Part shown: positions 26,045-34,416 of the stretch, piece after piece
How positions within the stretch are numbered: the first letter of the stretch is position 1
How the letters are laid out: the number at the start of each line of letters is the position of its first letter
Source: a virus
Lineage: Duplodnaviria > Caudoviricetes
Length of the DNA: 52,579 nucleotides
Strand: one strand, 5' to 3'
IMG/VR virus record: IMGVR_UViG_3300009786_000016
Coordinates: 1 to 52,579 of that record
Program-made: the position numbers and the translations under genes
Notes under the pieces: generated by a model
Told to the model about the DNA's origin: nothing
Seen by the model: the letters and a program-made list of their open reading frames with translations, nothing else
Databases searched by the model: none

Positions 26045-26170
26045 CTAGGATGCCATCCCAAGCTGTAGAAGTCTTAGCCTTCTGTAAGCCATTGCTTCTG
26101 TACTCGCTCTAACAGTGAGCAAGCTTCCACGTACTATGAAATACCACTTTGGTTTCTCTGATTTAGTCAT
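26045..26170 (-). CDS. Small protein (41 aa, not in ORF track)
   Basis: MTKSEKPKWYFIVRGSLLTVRASTEAMAYRRLRLLQLGMAS with a strong AAGGAGGT SD. Confidence 0.55.
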   Translation of the reverse strand: MTKSEKPKWYFIVRGSLLTVRASTEAMAYRRLRLLQLGMAS

Positions 26171-26205
26171 CTCTGACCTCCTTTACAGGGTTATGGATTA
26201 AATGA

Positions 26206-26713
26206 TTAGGAGTATAGAAGATTGTACCTGAGACAGTGCTGACTATTGTCAGTGTCCACTTACCTTCTGATTCGTTGTCTTATGTTTGGTTTACTGCTCT
26301 TTCGAGTCACGTATACATCTACCCTTCTACCATTACTGGCATACGACCCAAGACTCAAAGCTGTTAACTCCATTGTCTATAAGATACCATCCCCATTCAC
26401 ATAGGGTTAGGCTCTTAGGTCTCAACTGGCAAGTAGATTACTAGAAGATGTTGACTAGTTCTCCTTCTACTTTATGATGTTCCGACTATACAGACTTGTT
26501 TCTGTATTTAAACGAACGTACTATCAATCCTTGACGGTTACCCTACGACAATTATAGCCGTTTAGAGTAGTGGACACCGAGTTGTCTCCCGACATTCACT
26601 TCATCCACTTGATAGTCTATAGCCACCCGCCTGCTGTTGGCTTAAGGTGTAACTCTATAGATATACTACGCCATAATACTTTGACCGCTAAGTCGTAGTC
26701 TTATGACTCCTAA
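26206..26713 (-). ncRNA. Candidate large structured ncRNA (~510 nt)
   Basis: No ORF of 60 aa or more. Terminal helix TTAGGAGT/ACTCCTAA; four GNRA-capped hairpins on the minus strand; 9-bp long-range complement 26252-26260/26569-26577. Confidence 0.65.
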
Positions 26714-26714
26714 A

Positions 26715-26930
26715 TGTTAGAACGATAGTCGAGCACTCACTTGCCCAGCGTCCTATTTACAATAAATCTTTACGTACTGAATGACTAACAGTTATATCGC
26801 CATTAGGGCAATGCTGTTAGCCATACAGAATTAGTGCTAGGATATCTCTACCCTTTTACACAACTGAGAGTGACTCACCTGTGCAGGTTACGAACCATTC
26901 ACTAAAGTTAGTCGACTGTTCGTTACTACA
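26715..26930 (-). ncRNA. Second candidate structured RNA module (~215 nt)
   Basis: Closing helix 26721-26732/26912-26924. Internal 11-bp helix 26781-26791/26814-26824 has a G-U pair on the minus strand. Confidence 0.5.
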
Positions 26931-27040
26931 TACGCTTAAGTTTAAATATGGGATATGTTCATTGCGTACTCCACTTAATAGATACAGCCGACATAAGTCT
27001 TCTAATAACCGCTTCCTTTACGTAGGTTTGATAAAATATA

Positions 27041-27142
27041 AGCTATAGCGATGCCTGTGTGTGGCTGGCACCCAGAATGGGTACCAACGCACAGGTTTGA
27101 GCGATATCAGATGTCGTGCCAATAGGCACCTGATATCTAGCT
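27041..27142. ncRNA. Candidate three-way-junction RNA element (~100 nt)
   Basis: AGCTA/TAGCT closes two long hairpins (CCTGTGTGT/ACGCACAGG and GATATCAG/CTGATATC with inner GTGCC/GGCAC). Confidence 0.45.
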
Positions 27143-27149
27143 ACCGAGT

Positions 27150-27512
27150 TCAGTCGGAGACGGAACTGTCAGCAACTTCCATAGACAAATCGGCAACGAT
27201 TGGTTTATAGAAGTATGCCTTGGCAGACGGAAGACCGAGTTCTTTGTTCGGCTCTAACTCCATCGTCTTGGAAAGACGATAGTCAGTTTGAGCTACGAAA
27301 CAAAGTTCGGGCTTTTGTGCACCAAGGTTGCTTACAGCGTTGGCTTCGAGTAGAACAGGCAGGGTACTATCAGTATCACTAGTAGTGATGCGGATATTGT
27401 CACTGGGAATCCAGCGACCATTCCTGTCTGTTTCGTGCTCGAAGACACCGTTTATAACTGAACCACGATAGGTATTCGATACACGTATCGATATAGTCTT
27501 CGTTTTAGCCAT
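27150..27512 (-). CDS. Hypothetical protein, first gene of the early arm
   Basis: 120 aa, AAGGA SD, beta-rich with an acidic tail. Confidence 0.7.
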   Translation of the reverse strand: MAKTKTISIRVSNTYRGSVINGVFEHETDRNGRWIPSDNIRITTSDTDSTLPVLLEANAVSNLGAQKPELCFVAQTDYRLSKTMELEPNKELGLPSAKAYFYKPIVADLSMEVADSSVSD

Positions 27513-27539
27513 AGCGTAAACTGTCCTTCGTTTAGGTTA

Positions 27540-27760
27540 TTGATAATGCGTTCCAAGTTATAACTCGGATACACAGTAGCCAGCAGGGGCACTGCACCAG
27601 TAACAGTGCGTTAAGGAGCGTAGCGACTGCTTTACTCCCGTAGGGACGGGCGGGTTGTGTAGCTTGAGAGCTTTCTCAACCCGGCATCGACCCCTAGGGG
27701 GTAAAAACGCACGGGTACGGTGCAATGTATATCCCGTACTCCCACTCTACAGCAATTTTC
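27540..27760. promoter_or_regulatory. Divergent control region rich in GC hairpins and palindromes (possible origin, terminus or vRNAP promoter)
   Basis: Non-coding and GC-elevated; GCACTG/CAGTGC, CCCGT/ACGGG, CGGGTTG/CAACCCG and the palindrome CCCCTAGGGG lie between the divergent arms. Confidence 0.4.
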
Positions 27761-27981
27761 TAATGTTTTTGGATTTGCTCCTTGGAATCGGTTAGTGCTA
27801 CTACCCATTTACAAGGTATCCCTTCAAAAGCCTGTTATTACTTATTTTAAAGTTGTGAACCTAAAGTAAATGATAGCCCTTGTATATTCGATTTATTTGT
27901 TTTACATTTTTAGTAATATTTGGTTGTTATAGTACCCTTACACCATTAAGTGTACTTAACTATTTATTAAGGGGTAGTTTC

Positions 27982-28626
27982 GTGTTAGACAAATACTTAA
28001 ATAGTGATGGTGAGTTAGATTACCAGAAGCTGTGGTCAGAAGTAGGTGCCATAGGTGGCTTTGGGTACCAGCAGAGACGAGAATTGTTATATAAGGAGGT
28101 CGTAAATGCCTACAATACTAAGAAACGCAATCAGGATATTCCAGCTAGGGATAGACCTGAGTATATTGAAGTTAAGGATAGCCCTCATAAGGGTTTTTTG
28201 TTTTCTGGAGGACGTCTTCCAACTGAAGAACAGGTCGTTCTGGAAGTAAACCATCAGGGCAACCGTTCTTTTGTTATGTCTGAAGATGAATACTGTATAT
28301 ATGACGCTTTTGATTCTGATTACCTAGTAGAGGTGAAGGTGAGAAAGAAGTGGTATCCCGATTGTCTTGTACAGTATGACAAGTATGACCTAAATTTAAA
28401 AGAATCGGAGCAAGATGGTAAGGAATTCCTTTATATAGTCTCCGTAGGTGTGGATATATATGTATTTAACATTACTAAACTGAATGCAGAGAAGTACAAT
28501 TTCAAGTGGGATTGGAGAGAAATGCCAAAGAACACTGATTTTGGTGGTTCTGATGATAAAATTGTAAAATTTGTTGGATTTATAGACGTTACTAAGGCAA
28601 GTGTACACTATAACTATCAAACATAA
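27982..28626 (+). CDS. Protein with a C-terminal PD-(D/E)xK nuclease-like domain
   Basis: YDAFDSDYLVEVKVR motif. GTG at 27982 with AAGGGG SD is in frame with the listed ORF starting at 27880. Confidence 0.6.
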   Translation: MLDKYLNSDGELDYQKLWSEVGAIGGFGYQQRRELLYKEVVNAYNTKKRNQDIPARDRPEYIEVKDSPHKGFLFSGGRLPTEEQVVLEVNHQGNRSFVMSEDEYCIYDAFDSDYLVEVKVRKKWYPDCLVQYDKYDLNLKESEQDGKEFLYIVSVGVDIYVFNITKLNAEKYNFKWDWREMPKNTDFGGSDDKIVKFVGFIDVTKASVHYNYQT

Positions 28627-29398
28627 CGATATTGGGGCGGTTGAATACCCCATATACTATTCTCAAGAAGCCATTGACAAGGATATCGACTTTGATTACT
28701 GGCAGGACGCAGAAGAGGGGCAATATGCCCTAACGGATGATGGATATGTTGCAAAGATTATTAAGAAAAAGGTCTATACAGATGATATTGGGCGTGAGTC
28801 TTATTATTATAGAATGCCATTTGGGTATATTATGTGGAATCCTAAATATCCTGACAAGAAGTTCTGTGCAGGGGGACGTTCCGCTAATAATACATTTACT
28901 GGCAAGAAGTGGCTGGATGTAGCAGTAAATACAGAGCCATATAAGGCTTTAGCTATGTGGGCGGCACTCACGGAAGACAGAGATATAGCTATAGACCAAG
29001 TATTTGGTCCAGTTTCTACTGGGAAACGCCGTAAGTTAAGACGGCATATGAGAACAGAGAGTTTTAAGACTATGAAAAGAGACGAAGCACAGAAACTTTT
29101 AACCGATAGAATGATGGATGCCAATTTTTTCATTGATTTAATGAATGAAGGCATTGATATGGCTAAGGAAAAGAAAGATGTTAACTCAATCAGGGGTTTT
29201 GTTAATGATGGTATGGAGATTCACGGTATGAAAGACAAAGATACTGTGGTTACTACCGAGCGATTAGAGGCTGTACAGACCCGTAAACTGATTGATAACA
29301 TAAATCAAGAAGAAGAAAAGCTGATTGCGACCCGTAAGGTGGAGCAACCAGTAAAGGAGACAAGGGATGATGTGGATAAAAACTCTACTGGAGCCTGA
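28601..29398 (+). CDS. Putative terminase small subunit
   Basis: Upstream of TerL; basic HTH-like middle region followed by helical oligomerisation-like segments. Positional inference. Confidence 0.4.
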   Translation: MYTITIKHNDIGAVEYPIYYSQEAIDKDIDFDYWQDAEEGQYALTDDGYVAKIIKKKVYTDDIGRESYYYRMPFGYIMWNPKYPDKKFCAGGRSANNTFTGKKWLDVAVNTEPYKALAMWAALTEDRDIAIDQVFGPVSTGKRRKLRRHMRTESFKTMKRDEAQKLLTDRMMDANFFIDLMNEGIDMAKEKKDVNSIRGFVNDGMEIHGMKDKDTVVTTERLEAVQTRKLIDNINQEEEKLIATRKVEQPVKETRDDVDKNSTGA

Positions 29399-29498
29399 AC
29401 ACTTCCCAGCTTGGGAAGTATACTTACTATTTATGCTATTATTCTTTATTAGCATAACAGTTAGATTAGCTAGGATAGAAAGGAAGTTAGATAAATGA
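29367..29498 (+). CDS. Small membrane protein (43 aa, not in ORF track)
   Basis: MMWIKTLLEPEHFPAWEVYLLFMLLFFISITVRLARIERKLDK with AAGGAG SD. Confidence 0.5.
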   Translation: MMWIKTLLEPEHFPAWEVYLLFMLLFFISITVRLARIERKLDK

Positions 29499-29587
29499 TT
29501 GAACTATGTTTATTAGCCGTAGCGGTACTCGTTATTATAAATAGTGAACTCTGGGTAAAGGGGTTTTGGGACAAGAATGAAGAGTGA
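29495..29587 (+). CDS. Small membrane peptide (30 aa, not in ORF track)
   Basis: ATGA overlap with the previous ORF; MIELCLLAVAVLVIINSELWVKGFWDKNEE. Confidence 0.45.
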   Translation: MIELCLLAVAVLVIINSELWVKGFWDKNEE

Positions 29588-29759
29588 TTTAAGTAGAACT
29601 CCCCAAAATCAGCAAGTACCTTGGAGACAGGCTAGGAAAATCCTGTTCCCATATGCTGACCCTGTTGAGAAGGATAAGCAATGGATTACCGATAGAGACG
29701 ACTTATTCAAATTAAACGGAAAGGACTGGATGGTGAAGTTATGGAACAAGTTCTGGTAG
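29577..29759 (+). CDS. Hypothetical protein
   Basis: Tiles the operon up to TerL. Confidence 0.5.
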   Translation: MKSDLSRTPQNQQVPWRQARKILFPYADPVEKDKQWITDRDDLFKLNGKDWMVKLWNKFW

Positions 29760-31249
29760 TTGACGACTACGAACAACGGTACGCCGCAAAGAAAGCACTA
29801 AGGAAACTTCGTGACAATATAGGTCTTTTCGGCAAGACTATGTTCCCTACTGCCATAAACAAGGCAGTTCCCCCATTTCACCACGATATATATAAAAATT
29901 TATCAGACGGTCTTGTTAAGAGGCTTCTTATAGCCGCCCCTCGTGGAACGGCTAAAAGCACAGTGACCTCCTTGATACTGCCCCTTCATCGAGCCGCTTT
30001 CAAGCCGTCTGATAAAGACCTTTTTATAGTTATTATATCTGAGAGTCAAAGCCAGAGTATAAACTTCTTATCCCGTATTAAGCATCACTTAGTTAATTCT
30101 AAGAATTTTATAGAAATGTTTGGCGATATGGGACCAAACACTGCAAAAAGGTGGACTAACAATGACATTGTACTCGCTAATGGAACGAGGATTATTGCTG
30201 TTGGTACTGGTCAGCGTGTTCGTGGGTTTATTGAGGGTGATACTCGTCCTAATCTCATTATTGTAGATGACTATGAATCAGAGCTAAACGCCGCTACACC
30301 TGAAGCTAGGGCTAAGAACAGGAAATGGATAACAGAAGCAGTCATACCATCTCTTTCTGACGAAGGTAGGATTGTAATGATTGGTACAGTTATATCAGAA
30401 GACTGTTTCCTATATTGGGCTAAGGACTCTCCGGCTTGGAAAGTCTTATGGTTTGCTATAACGAATGACGATGGCGACAGTATATGGGTTGAAAGATTCC
30501 CTATGAGTCGTATTCACGCTATAAAAGCAGAGTTTGAGTCGGTAGGAAACCTAAATGGATTTTATCAGGAGTATATGAATGAAGCACAATCACCGGACAA
30601 TGCACCGTTTAAGCCAGAGTATATTAGATTACACCACTACCATTATAAACGTATTAATGGGCAAAATTGTCTCGTTAGGGTTATTGATGGTTCGGAAGAG
30701 CAAAAACCTGTGGAAGTCTATTGTGGCATTGACCCTGCTAGTAGTCTATCTGCTCGGTCGGACTTTTTTGTTATTGCTACTATTGCTCTTGACAATGCTG
30801 GGAATAAGTATATTGTGGATATATTCAGGGATAAAATCAATCCTGCATTCCAACCTGATAAAATTATCGAGATATATAAAAGGTATCGTCCGAAGAGGAT
30901 GAAAATTGAAACAACTGGGTATCAGGAAGCGTTACGTGCTAGTGTAAGGAAGATTATGATGGAAAAAGGAATGTATATACCCGGATTAGAGAAAGGGATT
31001 AAACCTAGGTCTAGAAAGAGTGAGAGGCTGATGAGCCTTGTAGCTCCTTTAGCTAGGGGGGAGTTCTTTTTTAGAAGCCAAGATTTAGTTCCACAGCAAG
31101 AGTTTCTATCTTATCCAAAAGGAAAGCACGATGATTGCCTAGATGCTATATATTATGCACTAGATGGAGCTAAACAATGTCGTGTAAAAGATTTTAACCC
31201 AGATATGCCAAAAAAGAAGAGAAAAGTTCTTGACTGGCTCACACAATAA
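29741..31249 (+). CDS. terL: Terminase large subunit
   Basis: Walker A APRGTAKST, Walker B LIIVDD, coupling motif IGT, and RNase H-fold nuclease motifs GIDPA and HDDCLDA. Confidence 0.95.
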   Translation: MEQVLVVDDYEQRYAAKKALRKLRDNIGLFGKTMFPTAINKAVPPFHHDIYKNLSDGLVKRLLIAAPRGTAKSTVTSLILPLHRAAFKPSDKDLFIVIISESQSQSINFLSRIKHHLVNSKNFIEMFGDMGPNTAKRWTNNDIVLANGTRIIAVGTGQRVRGFIEGDTRPNLIIVDDYESELNAATPEARAKNRKWITEAVIPSLSDEGRIVMIGTVISEDCFLYWAKDSPAWKVLWFAITNDDGDSIWVERFPMSRIHAIKAEFESVGNLNGFYQEYMNEAQSPDNAPFKPEYIRLHHYHYKRINGQNCLVRVIDGSEEQKPVEVYCGIDPASSLSARSDFFVIATIALDNAGNKYIVDIFRDKINPAFQPDKIIEIYKRYRPKRMKIETTGYQEALRASVRKIMMEKGMYIPGLEKGIKPRSRKSERLMSLVAPLARGEFFFRSQDLVPQQEFLSYPKGKHDDCLDAIYYALDGAKQCRVKDFNPDMPKKKRKVLDWLTQ

Positions 31250-31265
31250 GCTGTAAGTTCCGAAG

Positions 31266-33413
31266 ATGGCGTACGTAGAGAAAGAAACAGATGTTTCTCC
31301 TACAATGGTTGAGGACACCCAGAAGATTTGGAAGTCCTATTCAGAAAAACGAGATACTTGGGCACAACACGCTCAGGAAGATTCCGAGTTTCGATTGGGG
31401 AGACAGTGGACAGCAGAACAAACAAGAATCCTACTTGAGAGGGGTCAAGCACCTCTTGTAGTTAACCGTATCCACCCTGCTGTAGAAGCCGCAAAGGCTA
31501 TGCTAACAACAGGGAGACCCCAATTCCGAGTATCCCCCAGAGAAGACAGTGACAACCAAGTTGCACAAGTCTTTAATGGACTACTGGAATATATGTGGTA
31601 CATCTCCGACGGGACTCAGGCACTCCGCAACTGCATAGATGACTACTATACTATGGGTATGGGGACTATGATGGTTTATATTGACCCCTTGAAAGATTAT
31701 GGTAGAGGAGAGGTCTGCGTAAGAGATGTAGACCCATTAGATGTTTATATAGACCCTAACTCTAGGGACCGCTTATGTGATGACGCAGAGAACATTGTTA
31801 TCTCTAGGCTCTTCACTAAAGAACAAGCAATGTCTATGTATCCTATGTATGAGGATGCAATCAAAAATGCCCAGAGCGATTTACATACAGATAGACCAAC
31901 AACATCAAGAGTTGATACTAAAGGGGTAATATTCCCTGAAGATACAGCTACTAAAACTGATGCAAGTTGGGGCGAGAACTCCGAATATATCAGAGGTTAC
32001 GAGCGTTACTACAAGATATGGGTTAAGAGATTTCACGTAAAAAATAATTTAGATGGTAAGGAAGAAGTCCTTTTAGCTGAGGATATGCCAGAATTCCTAG
32101 AAAGACCTGCTATTAGTGTAAATGGTCAGATAATCTCTGACCCGAAGAAAGCTAGTGGTATTATACAACAGGTACAGGAAGAATGGCAAAAAGCGGCACA
32201 AGAAGCCCAGATGCAAGAGCAGGACGCTCCTCCACCGCCAGTAATAGAAAAACTGACATATCAGGATTTAGTAGAACAAGATATTATCGAGACCGTGTCG
32301 GTACCTGTACAACGGATAAAGATGTGTGTAATAATGGGTGATTCCTACTTATACTCTCGTATCCTTCCTATTGACCATTATCCCATCGTGTTCTTTATGA
32401 ACATTCACAATCGAACGCCCTACCCAGTGAGCGACGTACGAATGGTCAAAGATATGCAGGAATATATAAACAAGACACGGTCTCTGATAATAGCACACGC
32501 TACTACTAGCACAAATACAAAGATTTTAATACCGTCTGGTTCGGTAGATATGCAAGATTTTGAACAAAGATGGGCACAACCCGGTGTTGCCATTGAGGTA
32601 GATATGGATAATGGGGCTCCACAGCCAATACAACCAACTCCATTGCCTAATTCTTTGTATCAAAATGAGCAAATGGCTAAGCAGGATATTGACCATCAAC
32701 TAGGATTGTATGAAATGATGCAAGGTAATTCACAAGCCGCACCAGATACATATAAAGCTACAGTCGCACTTGATGAATTTGGTCAACGAAAGATAAAGTC
32801 CAAGTTACAGGATATAGAGACGGGGCTAGTTAGAATGGCTAAATGTGCTATTCCGCTTATGCAACAACTATATCAAGCCGAGAAGGTTGTTAGACTAGTA
32901 CAACCTAATAATTCGTTAAGTGAATACGCTATCAACAAGAAAATGTACGACGACAAGACAGGCGTTACAAATGTAATGAACGACATATCAAGAGGTACTT
33001 ATGATGTTGTTGTTGTTACTGGTAGTACGCTACCGACTAACAGATTTGCTCAACTAGAAATGTATATGGATGCTTATGAAAAAGGTATTATTGACAAAAC
33101 TGAAGTTCTTAAAAAGACAGAAGTCTTCGATGTGGAAGGTGTTCTTCAAAGGACAGACACTGTGGGACAGCTTCAGGCTCAAACTAAACAAATGGAAGAG
33201 CAGATTAAAGAATTAGAAGGCGATTTGCAGACAAGAGAACGTGAAAACTATCACTTGAAACAGAAAGCTGAATTAGAAAAATTCAAAGCAGACCTCGACA
33301 AAACTTCAACCCAGTCTAAAATGTCTGGCAAGTTGTTCGAGAAACGCCTTGATGATGCACTAGGACAAGTAAAGGCGGGGGTCAAAGAAGAGGCTTCCCG
33401 TGAGTCCAATTAA
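31266..33413 (+). CDS. Portal protein (P22-like, with C-terminal barrel coiled coil)
   Basis: GRQW...RGQAPLVVNRIHP, DPLDVYIDPNS and KDMQEYINK motifs; follows TerL. Confidence 0.9.
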   Translation: MAYVEKETDVSPTMVEDTQKIWKSYSEKRDTWAQHAQEDSEFRLGRQWTAEQTRILLERGQAPLVVNRIHPAVEAAKAMLTTGRPQFRVSPREDSDNQVAQVFNGLLEYMWYISDGTQALRNCIDDYYTMGMGTMMVYIDPLKDYGRGEVCVRDVDPLDVYIDPNSRDRLCDDAENIVISRLFTKEQAMSMYPMYEDAIKNAQSDLHTDRPTTSRVDTKGVIFPEDTATKTDASWGENSEYIRGYERYYKIWVKRFHVKNNLDGKEEVLLAEDMPEFLERPAISVNGQIISDPKKASGIIQQVQEEWQKAAQEAQMQEQDAPPPPVIEKLTYQDLVEQDIIETVSVPVQRIKMCVIMGDSYLYSRILPIDHYPIVFFMNIHNRTPYPVSDVRMVKDMQEYINKTRSLIIAHATTSTNTKILIPSGSVDMQDFEQRWAQPGVAIEVDMDNGAPQPIQPTPLPNSLYQNEQMAKQDIDHQLGLYEMMQGNSQAAPDTYKATVALDEFGQRKIKSKLQDIETGLVRMAKCAIPLMQQLYQAEKVVRLVQPNNSLSEYAINKKMYDDKTGVTNVMNDISRGTYDVVVVTGSTLPTNRFAQLEMYMDAYEKGIIDKTEVLKKTEVFDVEGVLQRTDTVGQLQAQTKQMEEQIKELEGDLQTRERENYHLKQKAELEKFKADLDKTSTQSKMSGKLFEKRLDDALGQVKAGVKEEASRESN

Positions 33414-33463
33414 CAACCTTTACCCATTGTGCGAATGGTAAGGACAAAAAAAGGAACTCGAAG

Positions 33464-34402
33464 ATGGTAGAGCCAGAAGTTACCCCGAATCCAGCAGAAA
33501 TGCCGGTTGCGGATATTTCAGCACCCGAAGAGTTAACTCCTGATGACATTTTTAGTCAGGATAATCAAGTTGGCGATTTTTTTAGAGCTCAGTTGGCAGA
33601 CGAACCGGAACAGAAACCCGGACCTCAGACTCAACAAGTAGCAACAGAAGAAGCCCAGCCTGATAATGATACCGTGAGGTATCAATACTGGCAATCTGAA
33701 GCAGATAAGGCTCGTAATGAGAATGAGCAGTTAAAGGCTCAAATTCAACAAGCCCCTCAGCAACAGGTTGCGTCTGTACAAGAAGCACAGACAGATGACA
33801 TAGAAGGATTTCCCCCTCCACCTGAGAAGCCTCGTCAACCGACAGGGTTTAACAGAGAAGAGGCTTGGTCCGATTCTGGCAGTAATTCAGCCCGACACCT
33901 TAATGATGTTGATGCTTGGCGTGATAATATGGACGAATATAACCGACTCCATAATGATTACAATGCCGCAGTGATGAATGAGGAAAGGGCTAAAATGCGA
34001 GATGAAAGAGAGAATATTCTTCGTCAGCAATCAGAGAAAGAACAGTATGAGAGTAATATGAGTGGTGTACGAGATACTTTGACGCAAAAATATCAGGCAT
34101 CTCCAGAAGAGATAACTGATTTTGTTAGGGTTATGGAGTCACCAGATAGTGTTAATCTCGACAATCTTTTTCAGCTATACCGTTTGAAAAATGGTGGGCA
34201 ACCAACTCAGGGACAACCTGTAGAGAGAGCGAATAGTCAAACTCCGTCAACGGATAACTTTGACCAAATGAAACGTGCTCAACAGGTACCGTCTCCAATG
34301 GGGGTATTGCCCAGTAGTAATAAGAACGCTGTAGGGAGACCTGAAGACAATGTTATGGACTCTATGCTTACAGATTACAATAATCGAAACCCTTGGACGT
34401 AG
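33464..34402 (+). CDS. Capsid scaffolding protein
   Basis: Acidic, Q/P-rich coiled-coil protein between portal and capsid; YWQSEADK motif. Confidence 0.75.
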   Translation: MVEPEVTPNPAEMPVADISAPEELTPDDIFSQDNQVGDFFRAQLADEPEQKPGPQTQQVATEEAQPDNDTVRYQYWQSEADKARNENEQLKAQIQQAPQQQVASVQEAQTDDIEGFPPPPEKPRQPTGFNREEAWSDSGSNSARHLNDVDAWRDNMDEYNRLHNDYNAAVMNEERAKMRDERENILRQQSEKEQYESNMSGVRDTLTQKYQASPEEITDFVRVMESPDSVNLDNLFQLYRLKNGGQPTQGQPVERANSQTPSTDNFDQMKRAQQVPSPMGVLPSSNKNAVGRPEDNVMDSMLTDYNNRNPWT

Positions 34403-34416
34403 AGGAGTAAATAGCT

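Noticed and set aside
26180-27150. tRNA, tmRNA, group I/II intron or hammerhead ribozyme
   Set aside because: I found no cloverleaf with T-loop consensus, no interrupted host gene, and no CUGANGA/GAAA core in the right arrangement.
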